Assembly (NCBI RefSeq): GCF_000012905.2
Contig: NC_007493.2
Location: forward strand, 2,910,001 to 2,942,000
Reading direction: 5' to 3'
DNA: 32,000 nt
From: Cereibacter sphaeroides 2.4.1
GTDB taxonomy: Bacteria > Pseudomonadota > Alphaproteobacteria > Rhodobacterales > Rhodobacteraceae
Part shown: in pieces, positions 17,374-28,444 of the stretch
How the letters are laid out: each line of letters begins with the position of its first letter
Position numbering within the stretch: position 1 is the stretch's first letter
Program-made: the position numbers and the translations under genes
Notes under the pieces: model-generated
Seen by the model: the letters and a program-made list of their open reading frames with translations, nothing else
Databases searched by the model: none
What the model was told of the DNA's origin: nothing

Positions 17374-19880
17374 GCGATACAGACGGCAAGAAACCCCTCG
17401 GCCTGGGTGGCGGCTCGCGTTCGGGCCAGGTGAAGCAAAGCTTCAGCCACGGCCGCACAAAGAGTGTCCTGGTCGAAACGAAGCGCAAGCGCGTGGTCGT
17501 TCCGAAGCCGGGTGCCTCGGGGTCTTCGACCACGACGAGCTCGCCGTCGCATCTCGGCGACCCGGCGAAGCGCCCCGCCGGCATCTCCGATGCCGAGATG
17601 GAGCGCCGCCTCGCCGCCCTGCGCGCCGCCAAGCTGCGCGAAGTCGAGGACGCCAAGCGCCGCGCCGATGAAGAGCGCCAGCGCGAGGAAGAGCGCCAGC
17701 GCCGCCGCGAGGAACTCGAGGCGAAGGAACGCGAAGAGCGTGAGCGCGCCGAGGCCCTGCGCCAGAAGGCCGAGGACGAGGAACGCGCCCGCCGCGAGGC
17801 CGAAGAGGCCGCCCGCCGCGCCGAAGAGGCCAAGCGCGCCCCGGCTCCGGCCGCGCCGCAACCGGCGCCCGCCGAGTCGCGCGCATCCGCGCCGCCGTCG
17901 GCCAAGCCCGGCCTGCCGCCCTCGCGCAAGGAGCGTGAGCGCGAGGCCGATCGCGACCGCACGACCAAGAAGGACGACTCGCGTCGTTCGGGCAAGCTCA
18001 CGCTGAACGAGGCGCTCTCGGGCGAAGGCGGCCGCACGCGCTCGCTCGCCGCGATGAAGCGCAAGCAGGAGAAGGCCCGCCAGAAGGCGATGGGCTTCGG
18101 CCACAAGGCCGAGAAGCAGGTCCGTGACGTGCAGCTGCCCGAAACGATCCTGGTGCAGGAGCTCGCCAACCGCATGGCGGAGCGGGCGGCTGATGTGGTC
18201 AAGGCGCTCATGAAGATGGGCATGATGGTCACGATGAATCAGTCCATCGACGCCGATACGGCCGAGCTGGTGATCGAGGAATTCGGCCACCGCGCCGTGC
18301 GCGTGTCGGATGCCGACGTCGAGCATGTGATCGACACGGTCGAGGACAAGGCGGAAGACCTCCAGCCGCGTCCGCCGATCATCACGATCATGGGTCACGT
18401 CGACCACGGCAAGACCTCGCTTCTGGATGCGATCCGCAAGACCAGCGTCGTTTCGGGCGAGGCGGGCGGCATCACGCAGCATATCGGCGCCTATCAGGTG
18501 AAGACCGAGAGCGGCGCGGTCCTGACCTTCCTCGATACGCCCGGCCACGCGGCCTTCACCTCGATGCGCGCCCGCGGTGCGCAGGTGACGGACATCGTGG
18601 TGCTGGTGGTGGCGGCCGACGACGCGGTGATGCCGCAGACGGTCGAGGCCATCAAGCACGCCAAGGCGGCCAAGGTCCCGATGATCGTGGCGATCAACAA
18701 GATCGACAAGCCGGACGCGGACCCGAACAAGGTGCGCACCGACCTGCTCCAGCACGAGGTGATCGTCGAGAAGATGTCGGGCGACGTGCTCGATGTGGAA
18801 GTCTCGGCGAAGACCGGCCTCGGGCTCGACGAGCTGCTCGAGAACATCGCCCTTCAGGCCGAGATCCTCGACCTGCGCGCCAACCCGAGCCGGCAGGCGC
18901 AGGGTGCGGTGATCGAAGCCAAGCTCGACGTGGGTCGCGGCCCGGTGGCCACGGTTCTGGTGCAGTACGGTACGCTCAAGCGGGGCGACATCTTCGTGGT
19001 CGGCCAGCAGTGGGGCAAGGTGCGCGCGCTCATCAACGACAAGGGCGAGCGTGTGGATGAGGCCGGCCCCTCGGTTCCGGTCGAGGTGCTGGGTCTGAAC
19101 GGCACCCCGGAAGCGGGCGACGTGCTGAACGTCGTCGAGACCGAAGCCCAGGCGCGCGAGATCGCCGATTACCGTGAGAAGGCGGCGCGCGACAAGCGTG
19201 CGGCAGCCGGCGCGGCGACGACGCTCGAGCAGCTGATGGCGAAGGCCAAGGCCGATGCCGACGTGGCGGAACTGCCGGTGGTCATCAAGGCCGACGTGCA
19301 GGGCTCGGCCGAGGCGATCGTGCAGGCGCTGGAGAAGGTCGGCAACGACGAGGTCCGCGTGCGCGTGCTCCACTACGGCGTGGGCGCGATCACCGAGACC
19401 GACATCACGCTGGCCGAGGCCTCGCAGGCGGCGGTCATCGGCTTCAACGTCCGGGCCAATGCCTCGGCACGTCAGGCCGCGAACCAGAAGAGCGTCGAGA
19501 TCCGCTACTACAGCGTGATCTACGACTTGGTGGACGATGTGAAGAAGGCGGCCTCGGGCCTGCTCAAGGCCGAAGTGCGCGAGCATTTCATCGGCTATGC
19601 GCAGATCAAGGAAGTCTTCCGCATCACCGGCGTCGGCAACGTGGCGGGCTGTATCGTCACCGAGGGCGTGGCCCGGCGGTCTGCCGGCGTGCGCCTGCTG
19701 CGCGACAACATCGTGATCCACGAGGGCACGCTGAAGACGCTCAAGCGCTTCAAGGACGAGGTCAAGGAAGTGCAGTCCGGGCAGGAATGCGGCATGGCCT
19801 TCGAACGCTACGAAGACATCCGTCCCGGCGACGTGATCGAGATCTTCGAGCGCGAGGAGGTCCAGCGCAAGCTGGCCTGA
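17370..19880 (+). CDS. infB: Translation initiation factor IF-2, 836 aa
   Basis: The G domain carries [17 protein letters not shown] and NKID. The N-terminus has a long Glu/Arg/Ala-rich low-complexity region, and a C2 domain lies at the C-terminus. Confidence 0.97.
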   Translation: MSDTDGKKPLGLGGGSRSGQVKQSFSHGRTKSVLVETKRKRVVVPKPGASGSSTTTSSPSHLGDPAKRPAGISDAEMERRLAALRAAKLREVEDAKRRADEERQREEERQRRREELEAKEREERERAEALRQKAEDEERARREAEEAARRAEEAKRAPAPAAPQPAPAESRASAPPSAKPGLPPSRKEREREADRDRTTKKDDSRRSGKLTLNEALSGEGGRTRSLAAMKRKQEKARQKAMGFGHKAEKQVRDVQLPETILVQELANRMAERAADVVKALMKMGMMVTMNQSIDADTAELVIEEFGHRAVRVSDADVEHVIDTVEDKAEDLQPRPPIITIMGHVDHGKTSLLDAIRKTSVVSGEAGGITQHIGAYQVKTESGAVLTFLDTPGHAAFTSMRARGAQVTDIVVLVVAADDAVMPQTVEAIKHAKAAKVPMIVAINKIDKPDADPNKVRTDLLQHEVIVEKMSGDVLDVEVSAKTGLGLDELLENIALQAEILDLRANPSRQAQGAVIEAKLDVGRGPVATVLVQYGTLKRGDIFVVGQQWGKVRALINDKGERVDEAGPSVPVEVLGLNGTPEAGDVLNVVETEAQAREIADYREKAARDKRAAAGAATTLEQLMAKAKADADVAELPVVIKADVQGSAEAIVQALEKVGNDEVRVRVLHYGVGAITETDITLAEASQAAVIGFNVRANASARQAANQKSVEIRYYSVIYDLVDDVKKAASGLLKAEVREHFIGYAQIKEVFRITGVGNVAGCIVTEGVARRSAGVRLLRDNIVIHEGTLKTLKRFKDEVKEVQSGQECGMAFERYEDIRPGDVIEIFEREEVQRKLA

Positions 19881-19930
19881 TACCGGATACCCGCGGCCCG
19901 CTTCGGCGGGCGGCGGGATCCCGAGATTAG

Positions 19931-19968
19931 AAAGGCCGGGCAGCTGACGCTGCCCGGCCTTTTCGTTC
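19931..19968. terminator. Intrinsic terminator after infB, possibly bidirectional
   Basis: GGCCGGGCAGC (19934-19944) pairs perfectly with GCTGCCCGGCC (19949-19959) around loop TGAC. AAA flanks the 5' side and TTTTCGTT the 3' side. It lies between the convergent infB and the small ORF at 19992-20132. Confidence 0.85.
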
Positions 19969-19991
19969 GTCACGAGTTGAGCGCCAGAAGG

Positions 19992-20132
19992 TCAGGCGGC
20001 GCGCTTCGACGGGATCGGGTAACCGACATACGTCTTTTCGTCGACCCTAACCATCACCTTACCATCCGCCATCTGGCCGACGAGAAGGCCCTGAACCGAG
20101 ACACAGCTACCGATCGTGATCGTCCTGAGCAT
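19992..20132 (-). CDS. Candidate small protein, 46 aa (not in the ORF track)
   Basis: Hand translation gives MLRTITIGSCVSVQGLLVGQMADGKVMVRVDEKTYVGYPIPSKRAA*. The ATG at 20132 is preceded by GGGGGAAAG with about 6 nt spacing. Its putative promoter region is the AT-rich stretch at 20175-20230. About 35 of 45 codons end in G/C, lower than neighbouring genes. I recognise no family. Confidence 0.4.
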   Translation of the reverse strand: MLRTITIGSCVSVQGLLVGQMADGKVMVRVDEKTYVGYPIPSKRAA

Positions 20133-20268
20133 CTGCTTTCCCCCAAGAAGCAAGTTTCCCCAGTCACAGGTTAGTCATAAAGCGATAAATAAACACTCAC
20201 GATTTTGGTCGTAGAGCACCTTTGGGGTGCGACATATGAACGATTGAGGCGCTTGTGCCACAGAACCG

Positions 20269-20667
20269 TTACAGCCAGTCGCGCAGGATGGGGATCAGCG
20301 GCAGGTCTGCGGGCGGCATCGGATAGTCGCGAAGCGCCTGTGGCCGCACCCAGGCCAGCGTCTGGCCCTCGCGCGGCTGGGGGATTCCCTCCCACCGCCG
20401 GCAGGCGAACAGCGGCATCAGCAGATGGAAGGTCTCGTAGGCGTGGCTCGCGAAGGTGAGCGGCGCAAGGCAGCTCGCCTTCGTGTCGATGCCCAGTTCT
20501 TCCTTCAGCTCGCGGATCAGCGCGGCCTCCGGGCTTTCGCCCGGCTCAACCTTGCCGCCGGGAAATTCCCAGAGACCCGCGAGCGACTTGCCCTCGGGCC
20601 GCTGGGCCAGAAGCACGCGGCCGTCGCCATCGATCAGGGCCACGGCCGAGACGAGGACGATCTTCAC
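20269..20667 (-). CDS. mutT: Nudix hydrolase, MutT-type (8-oxo-dGTP diphosphatase-like), 132 aa
   Basis: The Nudix box is GGKVEPGESPEAALIRELKEELGI. The GTG start at 20667 overlaps the argJ TGA (GTGA), suggesting translational coupling. Confidence 0.85.
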   Translation of the reverse strand: MKIVLVSAVALIDGDGRVLLAQRPEGKSLAGLWEFPGGKVEPGESPEAALIRELKEELGIDTKASCLAPLTFASHAYETFHLLMPLFACRRWEGIPQPREGQTLAWVRPQALRDYPMPPADLPLIPILRDWL

Positions 20668-22001
20668 GAGCGGTAGTCGGCGTTGATGTCGATGTAGCGG
20701 TGCGTCAGGTCGCAGGTCCAGACCGTGCGGCTGTCGGTGCCGAGGCCAAGATCGACCGCCACCACCAGTTCGGCCTGCTTCATGTAGGCCGCGCCGTCCT
20801 CTTCGCGGTAGTCGGGGCTGCGCCAGCCCTTCTCGGCCACGAGGATGTCGCCGAAGCGGATCGAGAGCTTGTCGCGGTCGGCCGCGGCGCCCGACTTGCC
20901 CACCGCCATGACGATCCGGCCCCAGTTCGGGTCCTCGCCGGCGATCGCGGTCTTGACCAGCGGCGAATTGGCGATCGCCATGGCGACCTTGTGGGCATCC
21001 TCGGCGCTGGCCGCGCCCGTGACCCGGACCTCGACGAATTTCGACGCGCCCTCGCCGTCGCGCACCACCTGCTGCGCGAGATCGAGCATCACCCGCCCCA
21101 GCGCCGCCTCGAAGTCGCGCCCGGCCTTCGAGCGCCCGTTGAGCTCGGCAGCGGGGCTCGTGCCGGTGGCGGCGAGCAGCAGCGCGTCCGAGGTCGAGGT
21201 GTCGCTGTCCACGGTGATCGCGTTGAAGGTGGCCTCCACCTGCCGCGACAGCATCTTCTGCAGCAGCGGCTGCGGGATCTTCGCGTCGGTGAAGATATAG
21301 ACCAGCATCGTCGCCATGTCGGGCGCGATCATGCCCGAGCCCTTGGCGATGCCGGCGATCTGGATCGATCCGCCCTCGCCCTCGACCGTGGCCGAGGCGC
21401 CTTTCGGGAACGTATCGGTCGTCATCATGGCGCGCGCGGCCATCTCGATGGCGTCTCCCGACAGGCCCTCGACCAGCGCGGGGATCTGCGCGGTGATGCG
21501 CTCGTAGGGCAGCGGCTCGCCGATCACGCCGGTCGAGGAGGAGAAGACGCGCTCCACCGGCAGGCCAAGGGCCTCGGCCACGCCGCGGGTCACGGCCTCG
21601 ACCGCCTCGACGCCCACGGCGCCGGTGAAGGCGTTCGAGTTGCCCGAGTTCACGATGATCGCCGCACCGGCCTCGGAGGCGGCGCCGATCTTGGCCTGAC
21701 AGTCGAGCACGCAGGCCGCCCGCGTCGAGGAGCGGGTGAAGACGCCCGCCATGGCCGTGCCCGGCGCGAGCCGGATCAGCATCACATCCTTGCGGTTCTG
21801 GTAGCGCACTCCGGCCTCGACGGCGGAGAATTCCACCCCGCCGATGGCCGGCAGGGTGGGGAAGGAGGCGGGGGCCAGCGGCGACACCGGCTTGGCGCCC
21901 GCGGTCTTCGCTTCGGGCTTCTCGGCCTTCACGCGGGCCTTGAGCTTCGACAGCTTCTTCTTCAGCGACTTCGCTTCGTCTTTCCAGTCCGTCTTGCCCA
22001 T
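20664..22001 (-). CDS. argJ: Bifunctional glutamate N-acetyltransferase / amino-acid acetyltransferase ArgJ, 445 aa including a Lys-rich N-terminal extension
   Basis: The ArgJ core reads VSPLAPASFPTLPAIGGVEFSAVEAGVRYQNRKDVMLI ... autoprocessing region MATMLVYIFTDA ... WTCDLTHRYIDINADYRS. The ATG at 22001 has GGAGG 9 nt upstream. An alternative GTG at 21887 would give a protein of canonical length. Confidence 0.93.
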   Translation of the reverse strand: MGKTDWKDEAKSLKKKLSKLKARVKAEKPEAKTAGAKPVSPLAPASFPTLPAIGGVEFSAVEAGVRYQNRKDVMLIRLAPGTAMAGVFTRSSTRAACVLDCQAKIGAASEAGAAIIVNSGNSNAFTGAVGVEAVEAVTRGVAEALGLPVERVFSSSTGVIGEPLPYERITAQIPALVEGLSGDAIEMAARAMMTTDTFPKGASATVEGEGGSIQIAGIAKGSGMIAPDMATMLVYIFTDAKIPQPLLQKMLSRQVEATFNAITVDSDTSTSDALLLAATGTSPAAELNGRSKAGRDFEAALGRVMLDLAQQVVRDGEGASKFVEVRVTGAASAEDAHKVAMAIANSPLVKTAIAGEDPNWGRIVMAVGKSGAAADRDKLSIRFGDILVAEKGWRSPDYREEDGAAYMKQAELVVAVDLGLGTDSRTVWTCDLTHRYIDINADYRS

Positions 22002-22023
22002 GCCCGTGCCTCCGGTTCGCGGA

Positions 22024-22878
22024 TCAGTCGAGCAGTTCTTCCTTCCGAAGCGCGGCGGGGTCAATCCCCTCGCCGGGCCGGGTGATCTCGGCCTTGGCCG
22101 TCACCTCGTCGATGTGGCGGGCAACCGCCTCCTGCTCGATCTGGCCCGCCAGCTCGTCGCGCATGTCGTCGAGCGAGGGTTTCTCGGCGATCCGGGTTTC
22201 GTTCAGCTTGACGAGGTGCCAGCCGAACTGGGTCTGGATCGGGCCCACGACCTCGCCCGGCTTCATCTTCACCACGGCATCCTCGAAGGGCTTCACCATC
22301 ATGCCGAGACCGAACCAGCCCAGCGAGCCGCCGTTGGCGGCCGCGCCGTCCGAGGAATGCTCCTTGGCGAGCGTGGCGAAGTCGGCCCCGCCGTCGATCT
22401 CTTCCTTCAGCTTCTTGGCCTCGTCCTCGCTCGAGACGAGGATGTGCGAGGCATTGTATTCGGTCTGGGGCGCGGCATCGGCAAAGCGCGCGTCGTAGGC
22501 GGCCTGCAGCGCCTCGTCGGTCACCGCCCCCTCGACCACGCGGCGCATCGCCACGGCCGACAGGAAGCCACGCTCCTCGTTCTGCAGCGACAGCTGGTCA
22601 CGCTTCGTCACCGAGCCCTCGATGGACTGGGCGAGCGCCGCCTGCTGGATCAGCTGCTCGAGGATGCCCTTGAAGAGCGCATCGTCGGGCAGGCTCTGAT
22701 ACTGGTCGGGCAGGCCCGCGCGGAGCGCGATCATGTGGCCCAGAGTGATGTCCTGACCGTTCACCGTGGCCACCACCGTGTCGGCCGTCGGCTCATCCGC
22801 ACGGACCGGAGCGGCCAGCGCCAGCGCGCAGACGGCCGCGACGGACGCACCCCGCCAGAACCTTGCAATGTTCGCCAT
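22024..22878 (-). CDS. Periplasmic parvulin-type peptidyl-prolyl cis-trans isomerase (SurA/PrsA-like), 284 aa
   Basis: The signal peptide is MANIARFWRGASVAAVCALALAAPVRA. The parvulin domain reads YNASHILVSSEDEAKKL ... GGSLGWFGLGMMVKPFEDAV ... GPIQTQFGWHLVKL. The ATG at 22878 has GGAGAAGG upstream. The track start at 22884 is a GTG two codons earlier. Confidence 0.88.
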   Translation of the reverse strand: MANIARFWRGASVAAVCALALAAPVRADEPTADTVVATVNGQDITLGHMIALRAGLPDQYQSLPDDALFKGILEQLIQQAALAQSIEGSVTKRDQLSLQNEERGFLSAVAMRRVVEGAVTDEALQAAYDARFADAAPQTEYNASHILVSSEDEAKKLKEEIDGGADFATLAKEHSSDGAAANGGSLGWFGLGMMVKPFEDAVVKMKPGEVVGPIQTQFGWHLVKLNETRIAEKPSLDDMRDELAGQIEQEAVARHIDEVTAKAEITRPGEGIDPAALRKEELLD

Positions 22879-22916
22879 TCTCACCTTCTCCTGAACGGGC
22901 GCGCCCTCGCGCGACG

Positions 22917-22945
22917 TTGACTTGACCCCTCCATCCCCTTACATC
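22917..22945 (+). promoter_or_regulatory. Candidate sigma70-type promoter for secA
   Basis: TTGACT (22917-22922) is followed after 17 nt by TACATC (22940-22945). This would give a 5' UTR of about 125 nt. It rests on motif only. Confidence 0.3.
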
Positions 22946-23077
22946 GCTTGGGTCGCGTGAGCCGGGGCCGGGCTGTTCTGCCTTCTAGGAGACTACGGGC
23001 GGAGGGGGCAAGGCCGATGCCTCACACGATCATGTCAAGAGGACTTGGCTTGTCAGGAACGACCAGGCGGAGAAAAC

Positions 23078-25804
<2,727 letters not shown>

Positions 25805-25817
25805 CCGCCCTCTCCCA

Positions 25818-25844
25818 CCTCATCCGCGCCCGCCGCGGATGAGG
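25818..25844 (+). terminator. Hairpin after secA (probable terminator, weak U-tract)
   Basis: CCTCATCCGCG (25818-25828) pairs perfectly with CGCGGATGAGG (25834-25844) around loop CCCGC. TTGACAGCTGTCATCTTT follows. Confidence 0.5.
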
Positions 25845-25918
25845 TTGACAGCTGTCATCTTTCGCGCCCGCATGCGTCTCGTCTCCCCCATGGTCTGCTG
25901 GAGCATCCGTCCGGAGTC

Positions 25919-27457
25919 ATGAACAGGCTGCCTCGCATCATGGGCAGGCTATCGCGGACGGGCTTCAGAGGATGGTCCGGGGCCCTGTCGGCCGCACTTT
26001 TCTTGGCGGCTGCGCCCGCCCCGGCGCAGGACATCACCCTCACCTCGCGCAGCGGCGCCATCGTGCTCGATGGCACGCTTCTGGGCTTCGACGGGGAATT
26101 CTACCGGATCGCCACCCGCTTCGGCCCCCTCACGGTCGATTCTGCCGGCGTCACCTGCACCGGACCGGGCTGCCCGGACCTGATCGCCCCGCTGGCCGAA
26201 ATCCGCATCCTCGGCGCGACCGAGGCGGGCGAGAGCCTGCTGCCGCGGCTGCTGCGCGCGCAGGCCGCGGCGCGCGGCTACACGCTGCGCCCGCTCGCCG
26301 CCGACGCCGGATTTGCGACCGAGATCCTCGACGCCCATGGCACAGCGGTGGCGCGCGTGAGCTTCTCCCCGGCCTCGCCCGCCGCCGCGGCCGAGGCGCT
26401 CGGGGCGGGCGCGGCCGAGCTGGTCATCGCGGCCCATGCCGATCCCGGCATGACGACGCGCGTGCTGGCGCTCGATGCGCTGGTGCCGATCGTGGCGGCC
26501 GACAATCCGGTGCCGCGCGTCTCGACCCCCGATCTGGCGCGGGCGCTGTCGGGCGAGATCTCGAACTGGAAGGAACTGGGCGGGCCCGACATGCCGCTCG
26601 TCCTGCACGCGCTCGCACGCGACATCAGCCTCGAGGCGGCGCTCGAGGCCCGGCTGGGGCGGCCGATCGCGGCCGAGATCACGCACCCGGATCTGGCGAG
26701 CCTCGCCGCAGCGGTGGCCCGCGACCCCTATGCGCTGGCGATCACGGGCCAGACCGCGCGCGGCGCCGCGCGGGTCCTGCCCCTGACCGACAGTTGCGGC
26801 TTCCCGCTGGTGCCCTCGCCGCTCGCCGTCAAATCGGAGGATTACCCGCTCGCCCTCCCCGTCTTCCTCGTGAGCCCGCCGCGGCGCCTGCCGCTGTTTG
26901 CACGCGAGTTCCTCGAGTTCCTCTCCAGCGCGCCGGCGCAGGCGGCCGTGGCCGAAGCGGGCTTCGTCGACCGCCGCCCGAGCCAAGTGCCGCTGGCGTC
27001 GGACGGCCAGCGGCTCATGAATGCGATCCGCATCGCGGGCGAGGAAGTTCCCCTCGACGAGGTGAAGCGGCTGACCGATCTCATGGCGGGGGCCGACCGG
27101 CTGTCGATCACCTTCCGTTTCGAGGAGGGGACGGACAGTCTTGAGCCGCAGAGCCGCGAGAGTCTGAGCGAGCTGATCAAGCTGCTGGAGATCGGCCGGT
27201 TCCGCGGGCAGCAGCTGATGCTGGTCGGGTTCTCGGACGGGCGCGGGCCGGCCAGGGGCAATCTCGACCTGTCGCGGGAGCGGGCGGAGGCCGTCGCTGC
27301 GGCGTTGCGCGAGGCCGTGCCGGAACTGGGCCCGCCGCTGGTCGAGGGCTTCGGCGAGGCGCTGCCGCTTGCCTGCGACACGACGGTGGCCGGGCGGCGG
27401 ATGAACCGTCGGGTGGAGCTCTGGTTGCGGCCGCTCACAGATAGCCCTGCCCCCTGA
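25919..27457 (+). CDS. Secreted fusion protein with a PstS-like periplasmic phosphate-binding (PBP type 2) domain and a C-terminal OmpA-like domain, 512 aa
   Basis: The signal peptide ends AAPAPAQD. The central region resembles phosphate-binding proteins (LVIAAHADPG ... ALDALVPIVAADNPV ... ISNWKELGGPDMPLVLHA ... YALAITG). The C-terminus has the OmpA_C pattern (LMLVGFSDGRGPARGNLDLSRERAEAVAAAL ... GFGEALPLACDTTVAGRRMNRRVELW). The domain calls come from motif recognition only. Confidence 0.8.
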   Translation: MNRLPRIMGRLSRTGFRGWSGALSAALFLAAAPAPAQDITLTSRSGAIVLDGTLLGFDGEFYRIATRFGPLTVDSAGVTCTGPGCPDLIAPLAEIRILGATEAGESLLPRLLRAQAAARGYTLRPLAADAGFATEILDAHGTAVARVSFSPASPAAAAEALGAGAAELVIAAHADPGMTTRVLALDALVPIVAADNPVPRVSTPDLARALSGEISNWKELGGPDMPLVLHALARDISLEAALEARLGRPIAAEITHPDLASLAAAVARDPYALAITGQTARGAARVLPLTDSCGFPLVPSPLAVKSEDYPLALPVFLVSPPRRLPLFAREFLEFLSSAPAQAAVAEAGFVDRRPSQVPLASDGQRLMNAIRIAGEEVPLDEVKRLTDLMAGADRLSITFRFEEGTDSLEPQSRESLSELIKLLEIGRFRGQQLMLVGFSDGRGPARGNLDLSRERAEAVAAALREAVPELGPPLVEGFGEALPLACDTTVAGRRMNRRVELWLRPLTDSPAP

Positions 27458-28199
27458 AGCTGACCTCGCGTCCGCGCCCGATGACCAGATGGTCATGGAG
27501 AACGATCCCGAGCGTGGAGGCCGCCTCCTGGATCTGCGCGGTCATGGCCACATCCTGATCCGACGGCGTGGGATCGCCGGAGGGATGGTTGTGGACGAGG
27601 ATCAGGGCCGAGGCGTTCAGCTCCAGCGCGCGCTTCACCACCTCGCGCGGATAGACCGGCACATGATCCACCGTCCCGCGGGCCTGCTCTTCGTCGGCGA
27701 TCAGCACGTTCTTCCGGTCGAGGTAGAGCACCCGAAACTGCTCGGTGGCGCGGTGCGCCATGGTGGTGTGGCAATAGTCGAGAAGCGCGGCCCAGGACGT
27801 AAGCACCGGCTGGTTCATCACCCGCGCCCGCGCCATGCGCTGCGCCACCGCCTCGAGAATTTTCAGATCCTGCGCCACCGCCTCGCCCACACCCTCCACA
27901 TCGAGGAGGCGCGCCATGTCGGCGGTGACGACCCGGTTCAGGTCGCCGAACCGGTCGATCAGGCGGCGGGCGAGCGGCTTCACATCCTGCCGCGGGATCG
28001 AGCGGAAGAGCAGAAGCTCCAGCAGCTCGTAATCCGGCATGGCGGCGGCCCCGCCCTCCTGAAACCGGGCCCGGAGCCGCTTGCGGTGATCGGCGATGTA
28101 GGACGGCAGCCGAGCGCCGAGCGGCTCGGCCAGAGCCTCGTCCTCGTCGCCGGGGAAGAGGGGAAGGGACGCTTCCTGAAAGGCGCGAGTCGCACACAT
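27435..28199 (-). CDS. radC: RadC-family JAMM protein, 254 aa from ATG 28199 (264 aa if TTG 28229 is used)
   Basis: It has the HhH-containing N-domain and the JAMM motif ILVHNHPSGDPTPSDQD. Its 3' end overlaps the convergent upstream gene by 23 nt. The start is uncertain because neither candidate has a convincing Shine-Dalgarno. Confidence 0.88.
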   Translation of the reverse strand: MCATRAFQEASLPLFPGDEDEALAEPLGARLPSYIADHRKRLRARFQEGGAAAMPDYELLELLLFRSIPRQDVKPLARRLIDRFGDLNRVVTADMARLLDVEGVGEAVAQDLKILEAVAQRMARARVMNQPVLTSWAALLDYCHTTMAHRATEQFRVLYLDRKNVLIADEEQARGTVDHVPVYPREVVKRALELNASALILVHNHPSGDPTPSDQDVAMTAQIQEAASTLGIVLHDHLVIGRGREVSFRGQGYL

Positions 28200-28253
28200 T
28201 CGGGCAGTCTGGGGCAGCGCTGGTTGCAAAATGGTTAATTCCCGCCACCCAGA

Positions 28254-28364
28254 CCGGGAGCCGGGAGCCGGGAGCCGGGAGCCGGGAGCCGGGAGCCGGG
28301 AGCCGGGAGCCGGGAGCCGGGAGCCGGGAGCCGGGAGCCGGGAGCCGGGAGCCGGGAGCCGGGG
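28254..28364. repeat. Perfect heptanucleotide tandem repeat (CCGGGAG)15 plus a partial 16th unit
   Basis: Counted directly. Units start at 28254 + 7n for n = 0..14 and are all identical. A CCGGGG remnant at 28359-28364 follows. The tract is intergenic, between the dnaJ terminator and the radC start. Confidence 0.98.
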
Positions 28365-28404
28365 TTCTCCCGAGGGCGGGCCGTGGCAAGAGCCCTCGGA
28401 GAAA

Positions 28405-28437
28405 CGGACGAAAAGCCGCGCCCGTTAGGGGCGCGGC
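28405..28437 (-). terminator. Intrinsic terminator of dnaK-dnaJ
   Basis: On the minus strand GCCGCGCCC pairs with GGGCGCGGC (28437-28429 / 28423-28415) around loop CTAAC. TTTTCGTCCGTTTC follows. The structure starts 8 nt after the dnaJ stop. Confidence 0.85.
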
Positions 28438-28444
28438 GCTCGGG

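Noticed and set aside
14243-19973. A 669-aa ORF (14243-16252) and an 893-aa ORF (17292-19973) on the minus strand, antisense to rimP/nusA and infB
   Set aside because: These are shadow frames opposite strongly recognisable genes. Their composition is low-complexity and rich in Arg, Gly, Ala, Leu and Asp, with no RBS or motif support.
19977-20174. A 65-aa plus-strand ORF with a TTG start after infB
   Set aside because: It starts within the infB terminator tail and has no RBS. Its product is Arg/Asp-rich and implausible. It is antisense to a better-supported small ORF with an RBS.
28254-28364. Possible CRISPR array
   Set aside because: The units are 7 bp and directly abutting with no spacers. 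No cas genes are present in the window. It is a microsatellite, not a CRISPR array.
27493-28428. ORFs reading through the heptamer tract: 28231-28428 plus (REPGAGS repeats) and 27493-28389 minus (PAPGSRL repeats)
   Set aside because: The plus ORF has no RBS and consists almost only of the repeat. The minus ORF continues out of frame across radC. Both exist only because the repeat unit cannot form stop codons in those frames. The in-frame fusion possibility is kept as a speculative note in the repeat finding.
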